A stretch of DNA of 64,000 bases, taken from positions 11,160,001-11,224,000 of the forward strand of contig CM060732.1 of NCBI GenBank assembly GCA_030704615.1. The letters run 5' to 3'. Both the position numbers and the translations under genes were made by a program. The stretch is from Takakia lepidozioides. Taxonomy: Eukaryota; Plantae; Bryophyta. How positions within the stretch are numbered: the stretch's first letter is position 1; each line of letters opens with the position of its first letter. This document shows positions 1-12,123 of the stretch, piece by piece. The notes under the pieces are model-generated. The model had not been told where the DNA came from. It worked only from the letters and a program-made list of their open reading frames with translations, and searched no databases.

Positions 1-2161
1 TGTCAAAACCTTTGAAACTCACTACAGTATCCTTGGCAGAACTTCTAGGTCTAACAGTGAGGGGTCTTTTGCTGAATGGAGGGACACAGTTGGAAAAACT
101 GTTCCTATGATTCAAAACAGCCCTGATGAACTGGAGTATATTTCAATGGCTTATAACGCTCCCATTAGTTCTTCTGAGATTGTGGAAGCAATTGAACATT
201 TAAATGGATATAAAGCTGGTGGACCTGATGGTATTGTCAACGAGCTTATCAAGCACGGTGGCGATCCCATGATAGAGGCCCTAGTTCTCCTCTTTAACCT
301 TATCTGGAAGACTGAAATGATCCCCTTTCGCTGGCGACAGGGGGTCATTGTCAATCTATACAAGAAGGGTGACAGAGAAGAACCGGGGAACTACCGTGGC
401 ATCACGCTCCTCAATGCTGTTGGCAAGACATTCTGCAGAGTTATAAGTACTCGTCTCGAGGTTGATCTGGAGTCTAGAGGTTGTTTCCACGAAGGCCAAG
501 CTGGCTTTCGGCAAACAGGGGCTGTGTGGATCATATCTTCACTCTAAGCCAGATTATCCAGGGAAGGAAAAAAGAAGGGAAACCCACTTATGTTTTTTTC
601 CTGGATGTCAAAAAGGCTTATGACACAGTGTGGAGAGATGGCCTATGGTTCCGCCTCTGGTCTTGTGGGATCAAGGGAAAGATGTGGAGAGTTGTCCACA
701 ACTTGTATGCTCACACCAAAAGCTGTGTCACTGTTAACGGACAGAAGTCCAACTTCTTTGACATAGACCAAGGTGTAGCTCAAGGATGTACTCTCTCCCC
801 TCTGCTCTTCAATGTTTTCATCAATCAACTCCTCGAGGATGTGGAAAGTGAGGGATTTGGGTTAAGGGTGGGTGATACCACCATACCAGCCCTTATGTTT
901 GCGGATGACTTCGCAGGCATAGGGGAGACTCCAACCAATCTCCAGGAGTTGATTGATTGCGCGAAGAGATACTTTGATCTTTGGGGGCTAGAGGCTAATG
1001 TCAGCAAATGTGCAGTGGTAGCATTCAACGACAGAGGAGAGGGAGGAAGTGATCTTAAGTGGCAGTGGGGTAGCCAAGAGATCCCGGTCCTCCCTTCCTA
1101 CACTTACCTGGGTGTTGAGTTTTCCTCCAATTGTAATTGGGATGCACATATCCGGAAAGTTGTTCAAACTGGCAAGGGCAAAGCTCTGGGGCTCACTAAA
1201 TTTTTCCACTGCAGAGGGGTCAACTCTGAGGTTAAGAAAACCATGCTTTGTCGCGTTATTAGACCTGCCTTGGAGTACGGATCTGCAATATGGGTTGATA
1301 ACTCCAACCAGGCTAAGTCTCTAGAATCCATTCAAGTGGGGGTGCTTAAGGAGTGTATGTCAGCATGCTCCAAAACAGCCAATGTGGCTGTTCGGGGTGA
1401 GTTTGGCATTCCGTCCTTAAGCTCCCGACGAGATGAATTCAAGGTCAGATGGTGTAATTCAAGGTCAGCTGCAACATATGCCCAACACCAGATATCCTAA
1501 GTTAGTCGACTCTATATCTTGGAAACAGGACCGCCCTGTCAAACAGGCTAAGTCCTGGCAGAAGAGAGTAGAAGAGATTCTCAAGGACCTGGACCTGGAT
1601 CCGCAAGTCTTGACCCTGCTGGATAAATCTGACTTAGAGGCTGTAGTGTCCAAAGCCATGTCTGTTGCCATGAGATTGTCTGATGAAAATGAAGTTAGGC
1701 AGAAAACTTCCCTGAACTTGTTTCCAGTCTGTGACATGGGGGAGGACATCTTGATTGACCTCAAGGGTCTACCCACTCTCGGCACTAGACTGAAGACAAG
1801 TATTCATTTTCTGATACACTGTCCGGGGTTCTCTCACCAAAGAGCCGCTCTCTTCAAATCTATCAAGGGAATTGTGCCTGTACCCCTGTTTACCAACTTT
1901 GAAAGTCTCGAGGCTGAGCCAAAAGCCCATGCCCTCCTGAGGCCTAGTTTTTGGGCAAATCACACACAGCAGATTGATGCTTGTGTGAAGGGATTTCTAG
2001 AGGATATCTGGAAAACCCGGATTAATTCTATATATGAAGGTAAGTCTTACTACCAACGTCAGCCCCTGACAGAGGTAGGTTCTGTCCCTTTTGTTCCCGC
2101 TCAAACTTGGCGCGGGGTCAATGGCCACAAGGCTACGGCAAACAACGTCTTATGAGTACAA
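1..2161 (+). mobile_element. Non-LTR retrotransposon (RTE/RTEX-group LINE) ORF2, RT plus C-terminus; 5' part outside window, frameshifted
   Basis: ORFs 107-547, 481-1500 and 1433-2155 give RT motifs (GPDG, NYRGITLL, FLDVKKAYD, GVAQGCTLSPLLF, LMFADD, YLGV). Nearly identical to 30958-33386. Small indels near 511 and 1454. A ~95-bp deletion near 1795 removes the CPLC half of the C-terminal zinc motif. Clade assignment is tentative. Confidence 0.9.
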
Positions 2162-2709
2162 TCTTTTGTCATGAGGTACCCCTACCTTGTCCACAGGCAT
2201 CTCTAACTGATGGGTCAGAGGTATTCAGTTCTCAAATATGTTATGAGCACCTTTTACTGAATCATGAGAACACTCAGGATCCTGTCACAGCTTATGAATG
2301 CGCCTAGTGCAAAACGCGCTTCATTCTAAAGCTGCAAACCTTGCGAAAGATCACGAAGTGACTCCTGTTCCAGAATTACTAAAGTACATCATACGACATA
2401 AGTAGCTTTTATGAAAAGTTAATTCTTTTCACTCTAGACTCACAAGCGAGCTCATCAGATCTCTGCAACTGTGCTTACCACATCTCTAGTTTTGTTCTGA
2501 AACAACTCATTTGTTTTTTGCAACATGGTTTTAGACTCTGGATACGGTATGCATTGCTTCAAACAATATTGTGGACACAAGTTGACAAAGAAGCATTGCA
2601 AGCTCACTCGAGAAGCGTTTGGCACTTCAAGAGAACTCTTGAAGCTTTGAATCAATGTTCTGGAAACTATACAACACTTCTGACTCAAGATCTCTTTAAT
2701 TTTGCCCAG

Positions 2710-4209
2710 GTTTACCTTGTTCAACAAGTGTGGCCACCCCCTAACGATGATCGGGAAACCACCCTGGATGTCATCTTTTTCCATGGATTCCAGTTTGGAA
2801 AGGAAAGCAGTGTTTCACAGCACACATGGGTGCATCGTGACAATCATGAACTCTCCTGGCCAGTGAAGTGGCTGCCAGAAGACCTGGAAGGAACAGTGCG
2901 TGTTCTACTCGTATCTCATAGTGCAGATGTTAGATATTCCAACATCCAAGCTGTTGACGACTTTGGCAGGAGGTTGCAGCAAAGCTTAGTCAGGTACATT
3001 GCTTCTCACTTGAATACTATGGTTTGCTAGCCTGTTCATTGAACAAGAAGATAAGGCAGTCAAAAGAGATTCTCACTTTCGCTGGAATGTGAAGGCAGAT
3101 TCGGAGCCTAGCTCCTAGTCCTTGATCTTATCCACCTAGATGTTGAAAGGAAATGGTGAGGGTTAGCTGTTCAGAACAGGATCTGGAAATGTCATGCACA
3201 TTTTGGCGTCCAAGATCAAAATCTGATATTGCTTGATCCTGTTCATGTGCAGTTCATCTCGTTCCAGTTTCGGATGGCAAAAACCAATTGTGCTTGTTGG
3301 CCATGGCTACGGAGGTTTGGCTGTGAAGAGCTTAGTGGTACATACTGCAAGGACTGAAACCATGCCATGTGCGAACGAACTGGACAAGGAGGCTGCTGAG
3401 AATGCAAAAGCGTTCTTATCAAATCTCCGAGGCATTGCACACTATGCTGTTCCCCGTTCCGCAATGAACTTGGGAAGTTTTGGTAAATTGGAGCCCTCAG
3501 GAAATATACAACACGACCTGATTGAGCGTTTATCAACAGAATTTGAGGGAGTTATTTGTAGACTTCAAATCCACATCTTTGCTTTCGGAGAGGGCAAACC
3601 AACACAAAAATGGGTACATTCTCTGGAGTTTTTCATAATGACAAACCAAGAAATGCTGCGGAGTATTGGTACTAATAAAATTTACTAATTGGATAGGAAC
3701 ATGATGCAAGGCATTTTATGCTAGGTGTCAAGTAGTGCAGTATTTTAGGGTTAGCTAGGTGTATGTGCTGCTTCAACATTAACTAAGACTGGAGAATTTT
3801 TCCCCTCTGAGAGGTTGAATTGCTTACTTTCCATCACATGTGGAGAACACAGACCTATGGTAAATCTCCCTGCACAAGCAACGATGCACAGTGCAACAAT
3901 GCCGTGCAGATGAATCAGAAGCTGAATTGTGTCATCTATGGTCTAAGTGGTTTAGATATCTTGAAGGCTGCCTTGTATATAACAACTCTTTGAGGTTCAA
4001 GAAAGTGTTACTACTCCAGTGGTTGAAAAGATGAATTTTCTATCTCGTAGGGTTGGATTGTGCCGTATGAGTCTGCCATAAGATTATCTGGCTGTAACAA
4101 CTACAAAGTGGAGGAGTCTGATCATCTGGATATCACGCGACCTCCTTCCAGAGAACATATCATATATGACAAATTGTTGATGCTGCTGAAGATTTGCCAA
4201 AATCCACCG
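2710..4209 (+). CDS. Alpha/beta-hydrolase (SERAC1/PGAP1/DUF676-like, the type found at the N-terminus of bryophyte HNL NLRs); exons ~2710-2993, 3253-3613, 4051-4209; 5' exon(s) not identified
   Basis: Motifs DVIFFHG, WPVKWLPEDL, VRVLL, KPIVLVGHGYGGLAVKSL, IFAFGEG, IVPYESA, DHLDITRP. GT-AG junctions are phase-compatible (2, 0). Confidence 0.75.
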
Positions 4210-4389
4210 GTACGTCCTCATGTCAGTAGTGGACATTTTATCTCCTCGCCATAATTGTCCCTCACTTGTGTTATCATTAATGTGTCCCTGTATTCCGCCG
4301 ATGTAATCTGGATTTTGCAGCATAGTGATGACTAATGCGCAACACCTTCCACTGAGCTCTAGGTGAGCAATATCTCCCTTATGCTACAG

Positions 4390-6516
4390 GCTATCCTGCT
4401 GCAATCAATCTTACAATCTGACCCTGTGAAATGTGTCCTACAACGTCTCTTCTCAGCTTTAGTGCCCATTGTTTTTTGTAGATTGTGTTCTTAGCATATT
4501 TGCATATTGTGCATATGTTCTAATTTTTATCTGGTCACTGGAGTGCAGGGTGATGTGAACTTTGCTCTAATGATCCCTCAACTTGAAGGAGGGTGCCCAG
4601 AGGACTACAAAGCCATAACTGAGTTGTTCCTCGAGGTATGAATCAATGGATGATGACCATAAGTGTATTCTATTCACTAATCTTCACCGGAACTTGAGGC
4701 TTAAAAGCGGAACCTATTGATCCGGAGTTTGTGTTTTGCAGCGCAACATGATCAGGGAGGCAATTGCTTTTCTTCTGGATGTTTTGAAGCCTAACCTTCC
4801 AGAGCATGCCATGCTTCAAACTAAGGTAGAGTCAGCTCTGACTCTTACAATGTGCAGTGCAGATGGACTTGCATGGTCTGTGCCCTCCTGTAACTTGTCT
4901 GTTGGTTTCCTGTTCTTTCCCCTTGCTATGGTGTGCATCTTGATTATCCTTCCATGACCTTGTTACTAGTCCCCCCCCACTTTACATAGCTACTTTGCAC
5001 GTACTTAGTACTTACCTGTAGATATGATCGACAAGGTCATGTCAATCCACTGGATAATGCGGCTGACATGTGTAAATGAATGTTGTTGGTTATGCAGGTC
5101 TTGAAGATCAGTCTGGTCGCGTCCCCCAGCATAGCTGATTCAATTTTGGCAAAGGGCATGTTCAGCCATTATGACCGTCCTCAAATTGCTGAGCTCTGTC
5201 GGAAAGCTGGTCTTTACATGCATGCCCTTCAGGTCCTATTTCTGCTTTTGCACTCTTGCACTTTGTTTTCTGCTCATCATACTCCAATCTGTTAATTTTG
5301 TTGATCTACACTGGTGCGTCTTGACTCAGGGCCGGAATATACTTTCCATTAGGCCTGAGTGCACCTGCTCTTGGAGGAACAGGAAATATCCTGAATACAC
5401 TGACTGAAAGCGGAGACCTGTTATCGGGAGTGAATATTTTGTCCCCTCTTATTTGTGTTCTTTTTAATCTAGTTTTGTCTCCACATTAATTTTTGCAGTG
5501 TGTCTGGATGTATACATCATCCTTGCCCTGGAGGTCAAACAGTCACTTTTATGTCCATGCAAATAAAGTTTCTAATGATCCTTCCTTGTGCAGGTGAACC
5601 CAGAAAATGCGCCTCTGGTGGTTGGGCAATTGCTGGATGATGGCCACCCCAAGGATTTCATCAAGGACCTTATCTTGTCTGTCTGCTCTTTACTGCCAGT
5701 GGAGGCACTGGTTGATGAGTGTGAGAAGAGGTAATAAATTGTTCCAGGGTGGCTTTATGTCATTTTTAATCTGTTTGTTTGCTCCTAGCATGATGTCTAT
5801 GTCACAGTCAATTCTCAGGTTATGCGCAAGATGAAAATGTATGGAAAGAGGGCACATTACTGACTTTTTAATTCCATGTGGAAGCTGTCTGTTGTCTCAG
5901 GATGAATCAAACTAACAGTTTGATGGGTTGGACAGGAACCAGTTGGGATTGCTGACTCAGTTCTTAGAGCATCTTGTGAGTGAAGGGAGCGAAGATGTGC
6001 ATGCACATAATGCATTGGGGAAGATCATCGTTGATACAAACAAAGATCCAGAGCTCTTTCTGACCAGAAACCGCTACTATGACTCCAAGGTCATTGGTAA
6101 ATATTGTGAGACAAAGGATTACACACTTGAAGTAATTGCATATAGACGTGGTCAATGTGATGCTGAGCTTGTTGATGTTCCAAACAAGCACAAGCTCTTC
6201 AAGGTTCAGGCCAGGTACATCCCAACTCTATCTCCCGTCATTTGTGATTTTGTCTTGTGTTTTGCGTGATGTCTTAGAAAAGATAAAGAAATTACCTGAC
6301 TACATCTTGTTGGCGCTTCTTAGGTATGTGGTGGAGCGCATGGATCCTGACCTGTGGAAAAAGGTTATGCACCCAGAGTATCCAGAATACAGGAAGCAGC
6401 TTACTCTTGAGGTGTTGTCTATTGTTCTACTAGAGAGCAAGAACCGAGAGCAGGTGTTAGCCCTGTTAGCCACTTTGAAGGCACACTTGCCCCATGAGTT
6501 AGTTGAGCTTTTATAG
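4390..6516 (+). CDS. CHC: Clathrin heavy chain-derived exons (partial duplicate, internal exons deleted): 4390-4425, 4549-4635, 4742-4825, 5098-5232, 5594-5730, 5936-6214, 6324-6516
   Basis: Peptides [87 protein letters not shown] match plant clathrin heavy chain. All exons are open with canonical GT-AG. Stop at 6514-6516. Confidence 0.85.
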
Positions 6517-6584
6517 TCAAGAATGTTTTTCAAAACTCTGCCTTGAGTGGTAATCACCTCTAAAATATACTCTTTCTCACCATC

Positions 6585-6652
6585 TTTCCGCTCAAACTGG
6601 GCGCGGGGTCAATGGCCACAAGGCTACGGCAACCAACATCTTATGAGTACAT
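6585..6652 (+). mobile_element. 68-bp extremely 5'-truncated LINE copy (3' end of the 1-2161 family) with 14-bp target-site duplication
   Basis: Matches the last ~65 nt of the LINE (..gcgcggggtcaatggccacaaggctacggc..cttatgagtaca). Flanked by tctttctcaccatc at 6571-6584 and 6653-6666. Confidence 0.85.
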
Positions 6653-6684
6653 TCTTTCTCACCATCAATTACAGTGGTGGCATT

Positions 6685-7110
6685 GAATGGCCATGGGGAG
6701 GGAGGTGGGGATCTCAAATGGAACGGGGGAAGGAAGAGAGGCCCTGTGTCCCTTTCTACACTGTCCCTCCCTTCTGAAGTCAATGGACCATGCTTTGCTA
6801 TGTGATTAGGCCTGCTTTGGAGTAGGCATCAGCCGTTCGAGTTGACAACTCCAACCATGCCAAGTCCAGGAATGCATCCAGGTTGGGGCGCTCTAAGAGT
6901 ATCTGTTAGCGTGCTCCAGAACAGCTGTGTTGCTGTTTTGGTGTAGTTTGGCATACCTCCTTTGAGTTCTCCACGGGATGGGTTCAAGGTCAGATGGTGG
7001 GGTTGGTGGAACAGATTGCCTAACACCAGACACCTAAGATAATCAATTCTCTTTTTCGGAAACTAGACTACTATTGAACAGGTAGAAGCGGTTTTTAAGG
7101 GTCTGGATAT
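6685..7110 (+). pseudogene. Old degenerate fragment of the same LINE family
   Basis: Gapped similarity to 1035-1600, e.g. accatgctttg..attaggcctgctttggagta and ttcaaggtcagatggtg. Confidence 0.6.
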
Positions 7111-9717
7111 CAGCTAAAGCCACTCCACAATGTTTGCGACGACCATGGAGTGGAACTTTGGCGTCAAGATGACCGTAGATGCTGCATCGACAGCAGATTA
7201 GGCTGCTAATTCGGCACCAGAGACGGCGAGTTAATCATGTTCAAACAATACATGACGACTATTCCAATCCCAAATTGCAATCTCTCTTTTCTCTCGCCTT
7301 TCAAATCCAGTAGGAACACACGGCGAGGAGCTTGGCAATTGGTGGAAGCGACATGTATAGTGATGAAATATCGCAACAAAGCAATTGGCCGCATCAGAAT
7401 GACAGCAGGTCAGCAAAGGTAGTTTTTGTTCCCTTTTGTTGTGCCACCAGGGCTTTCGTAAATTTGACCTGATCCCAGATTTCTTCGTTCTCCCAATCGA
7501 GGATAGAAGTAATCTGGAAGTCCGGGGCCCAAGGGTGCTGGCACATTGGAGTGAGCGTTTTGAGGCTATTGGGCTCTCAAGTCAGCTTCAGAGGCAGCTT
7601 CACACTAATTTCTATTTCCTCGTGGCACAAATGGTCGCCTCTCATTTTAAGATAATAGGGTCTTCAATGGGCACTTGCGATGTGGCCGGTGGGCCCCGCG
7701 CACGGACGTCCGGCTCCCCAGCACCCCACCCGTCCCGCCCACCGCTGCGTGCGGTCGCCCAGCCGCGGACGCGGTTGCAACAACCGCGCCCTCGCCCCCG
7801 TCTGCCGCGCGGCCAGTCCCCCGCCCATGAGTCCGCTGCCCTCCAGTCTGCCAGTCCGCTGCTGGCCAGTCCGCTACCCAGCAGTCTGCCAGTCCGCCAG
7901 TCTGCCCGCCAGTCCGCTGGCCAGTCTCCTACCATTCAGTACGCTGACGGCGCAGGATCGCCATCGTCCATAACCCATCCGAGCCCTCCATTTCTAGGGC
8001 TACGAAAATGGCAATGATCTTCCCACCAAATCCCGGCCGCTCTCTTTTGACGGCTGTTTGTTGTCCGATGTTGCGGTAGGCGTTTCCATGCACGCGACTG
8101 TTCATCTTTTGCGCGCGATGTTCATGATGATGATGAAGCGTGTGCTTGAACATGAGAGGACTGTGTCGGCACTACAGCCACCATCGTGCATATGCTTCCA
8201 CTATTTTTACCTTCTTGTTGTGCTTTCGGAAACCTTCGTTTTATGGTTTGGTTCTATGTCATAAATATGGAAAATGCAGACATTTGTCGTCGATAACGTC
8301 CTCTGCTTGTGATCCGTCATGATACGTTTAGCCCCTTCGTACTGCATCCCTCATGAAAGCCTTCACAAGTTTAGTTCGTTAAACGAACCCATGGGTAACA
8401 TGGGCGCGAAAATGGTGGAAGCGTATGCACATGGGGGTGTGTATTGCAGATTTCGTATCGAACGATGGGACTGTTTATGCGACCAAGTATAGCGGCTTGC
8501 ATCCGTCGTGCATAAGTTGTGGAAAAGGGTGGAGAATATGAAGAAACCCAGCTTTGTGATGGATCCACATGGTATTATATAAGGGATGGCAGCACAAAAA
8601 AACAATTCGAGTCGTCACGGAACACCATCCAGTCGTAAGGTCCTCAAACCTCCACACGCACCTGCTGAATGCTGATGTCTGAGCCACGACGGGAGTAGGT
8701 GCAGAATCGGTACATTGTCGCATTTGCCAGGAGACGGACCAGGCTGAGACAATTGCATTTGCAAATGCGCGTGGATGTTTAAGGTCCGTTGTGTCGCGAG
8801 TCTGTTCACAGTGGGTCCGTTGGCCTGTCAGTGCTCCGGATATTCCCATTATCGCGTGCATAACAGTCAGTTTGGAGGCGGTCTGCTGGAAGTCCGTCTG
8901 TTGGGATATCAGTCTGACGCACTTGTGAATTTGTCAGTCTGCTGTGTCGGAAGTCTGTTGCACTAAGTCTGTTTGACTTCTTATTTTCCCTCCGGTCAGT
9001 CTTTTGGCTTGTTCTCCCGCCAGTCTGGCGAAACGTCCGTCTGCTGGACAGTTCTTCTCTATGGATATCAGTCTGTTGGACTGTGCATGCATCAGTCTGT
9101 TGTGCCGCGAGTCTGTTCACAATGGGTGTGTTCAACTTTCATATTCTCCCCTTACTCTCTTTTGTCTTCATTCCGCTGGCAGAGAAGTGCCTCCAATATG
9201 AAGCCGCTTCGCAAAGCGAATAGTCCGCTAGACTAGCGGTCCGGTGGACTCTCGGCCCGATGGGAAATGAGTCTGCTGCACTTGCGAGGACCGTCGATGA
9301 ATTTAGTACGATGCGTTCGTTCGGTGGACGTATTCAATGCGATGATGGCGGATAGTTGGCGCCTGTGAAATCGCGCCACGTTGGCAGTGCCATGCCCGCT
9401 TTCCCCTTCTACTTTTATTTTCTTCTCATGTTCCCTGTGCGATCGACTCCATTCTCTTCGCACCTGTTTCTTCGCACTGTTTTGCATTGTTTTGTTTTCC
9501 TCTTTGCGTTTCCATCACCGTAATGAAAGACGACCGTTCTTCCCCAGGTGTGGAGAGTTGCGGTGAGCAGCGAAGCGTCGCAAACACGCTCGCCTTCGTA
9601 ACAACTCGAAGTTCATCGGCTCGGTGAGGTTTTCACTTGCTGCGGTGTTTCCATTCCATTCTATGTCCTCTTCTTGCTTAGGGTGAGTCTTTTCATAGGA
9701 CTTCTATATGTCGCTCA

Positions 9718-10356
9718 TTGTCCTTGTACCTTCGTTTCATTCGGCAACGACAAAGGTACTGGTACTCACCAGACGAGTTTGATCATAAAATAGTGGAAGC
9801 ATTTGTAGACCTCCGCGCCCGGAAGCCCAAAAACTCGAATTGGCAGAAGGACAAGCTCTTCTGTCCCTTCTGTGAAGAGGTTATCAAGAACAAAATCCAA
9901 CTAAATCGGCATTGTGTCGACACGGGTTGCAAGGAGATTGTTGCAATGATTCCACAGGATTTCAAGCCTTGGCCGATACTGAAAGAAATGTCGATTGTCA
10001 AAGAGGCCACAAAGCGCTTGCGCGGATCAGTGTTGGACCCCCGCACTTTGGAATTAGACGAAGTGCGCGCACGGTATGGCGTCCATTGTGGTGGCCCATC
10101 AATGGAGGATTCGCAAGTGCAGGGAACGCCGGACGCTCCCAAAAAACATAAACTGAGTGATGGGGCCCAAAAAAAGGAGAGGCAAAAAAAGGAGAAGGCT
10201 GCAAGGTCTGCTCGCGAGGCAAGGGCAAAATCCACGCAACAGACTGAACCCCGTCCTGGGCGGCAGACCCACACCATCAGTACTGATACTGAAAGTGAAT
10301 CTGCTCAGGGCATGGAAGGGGTGACAAGTCCAGTGGACATTGACTTGCCTGACTAG
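9718..10356 (+). CDS. Element-encoded ORF/exon with C2HC zinc-finger-like motif and basic tract
   Basis: CPFC-x11-H-x5-C (CPFCEEVIKNKIQLNRHCVDTGC) and a KKERQKKEK tract. Open in both arms. Confidence 0.5.
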   Translation: MSLYLRFIRQRQRYWYSPDEFDHKIVEAFVDLRARKPKNSNWQKDKLFCPFCEEVIKNKIQLNRHCVDTGCKEIVAMIPQDFKPWPILKEMSIVKEATKRLRGSVLDPRTLELDEVRARYGVHCGGPSMEDSQVQGTPDAPKKHKLSDGAQKKERQKKEKAARSAREARAKSTQQTEPRPGRQTHTISTDTESESAQGMEGVTSPVDIDLPD

Positions 10357-11154
10357 ACTCGGCAGCAGACTCACACAAATATCGCGACCCATGCCATCGG
10401 TTTAGGGTCAAAACCAAAAACTCAACAGAGCGTTGAAGGGCCAGTCTGCCCTAGCACATTGCGCCTCGTTGACTTTGGGCTTTTCCCATCAGAGTGCCCA
10501 CCAATTGGGGATCCAGACTTCTTCCGTTATTTCTACAGAGTTGCCCAATCAGATCTGCTCCGCACATTCATCCGACAGGCGGAACAGAACTGGTTGAACA
10601 GCTTTGAAGATGAAGATGACGATGATGAAGTAGAGGAGGTAATGCTCAGTCTGACCGCCCAGTCTATTCTCTGTGCTGTTTGAGTCCATCATCGGGGGGT
10701 CACATTGCCTATTCAGTCTGGTCAGTCCGCTGCGTTCTCTCCTCAGTCCGCTGGCTCACTCCGCTCGTTAGTTAGTCTGTTTTATATGGCTGCATTACTT
10801 ACTGAGTCCGTTTGTCAGTCCGCTGGTCCAGTCCACTAGTATAGTCTACTAGTTGCCTCCACCCTACGTACGCACGTTACAGTCTGATGGTCTGTGAGTC
10901 CAGTCCGCTGCATGAGGTGAATATAGAGTCCACGTCCATGTTCCTGACGTCCAAGTTCTCTGCTGTGTACCAGGATGAACGTGTTTCTATTCGTAGGGCC
11001 ATTCAGGCTTGGCGGATACCTAGCAATGATGCTCCTTTACAAGCGACTGCAGTGCGTGTGGAAGTGGACCGCGTGCGAGAGTACATATTATTGAAGTATC
11101 CTGGGTCATCTGCTGCTATAGCGGCATTACATATTCAAGACGCGTCGGGGGGGA

Positions 11155-12123
11155 ATGCGTCTGGGACAGCCGACTCTGCCATCCAGCAGACTCCCATTCA
11201 GCAGGCCGTCATCCAGCAGACTCCCGTTCAGGCAGCCTGTCATCCGGCAGACTCCAACGGAGCAGACTCCCAACGAGCAGCATGTCATCCTACAGACTCC
11301 TCTCCAGGAGCCCATCATGCAGCCCATGCCAATGGGAAGTCCTGTCATCCAACAGACTGCGGACCAGCAGACTGACCAGCATACTGCCTTTCTCTCACAT
11401 AGCACGGCACTTTTTGCAGTTTGGCGATCGCCATCACCGGTAATTCGACCTGGAGCTGAAGACCTCACACTTCCCCGGCTTAGGGTGGGAGAAATTAATC
11501 CCCATTTGGATTGGCATAATGAGCGCCACCGGATTGTTGCGGACCGCTGGTGGTCATTTGTACCCTTTCATTATTCCATGGAGTTTTCTATTGAGGAAGC
11601 CAACCATGTTCTAGAAGCCGCCTCTGCTGTTGCCATTGAAGCCACAAGCGACCAAAATGCGCCGCCTCTACGTGTGCAGCTAATTCTCATGGATGACCCA
11701 CGGCCTGAAGACCTCAAACATATGCCTATGGCACATCCAACCTTTGGGGTGCGAATAAAGCACTTGTTCGGATTGACTGAGGAGGACTTTGAGCGCATGG
11801 CAGCTTCCTTCCTACAACACAGATGGATGCAATTTGGCAATTTCCGCTCATACCACAAGTTGATGAAGGATCTGCATAGTTTGAGGATGGACTTACTCCA
11901 TGGAACAGACCATTCACAGAAGTTTGTGGTGGATGACGCATTGCACTGGTTTGCATTGGTGATGGAGCGAGCAGTATTCGACATTGTTTTGCAAAATCCC
12001 AATGTCTTCAAAGTCCTGTGGTGTGGAATCCCAACTGAAGACCGCATCGGCGCCATTGCTCATCTCGATGGAGTGCCGGCAAATCAAGGACATTGGCCTC
12101 GTCGGAAATCTCTTGGAAGGTAA
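11155..12123 (+). CDS. Element-encoded ORF/exon of unknown function (QT-rich N-terminus, globular-looking C-terminal domain)
   Basis: 322-aa ORF, mirrored at 21009-21976. No family recognised. Confidence 0.45.
   Translation: MRLGQPTLPSSRLPFSRPSSSRLPFRQPVIRQTPTEQTPNEQHVILQTPLQEPIMQPMPMGSPVIQQTADQQTDQHTAFLSHSTALFAVWRSPSPVIRPGAEDLTLPRLRVGEINPHLDWHNERHRIVADRWWSFVPFHYSMEFSIEEANHVLEAASAVAIEATSDQNAPPLRVQLILMDDPRPEDLKHMPMAHPTFGVRIKHLFGLTEEDFERMAASFLQHRWMQFGNFRSYHKLMKDLHSLRMDLLHGTDHSQKFVVDDALHWFALVMERAVFDIVLQNPNVFKVLWCGIPTEDRIGAIAHLDGVPANQGHWPRRKSLGR

Noticed and set aside
7116-7159. Short hairpin ccactcca...tggagtgg as an element terminus
   Set aside because: Only an 8-bp stem, with no TSD or matching partner end.
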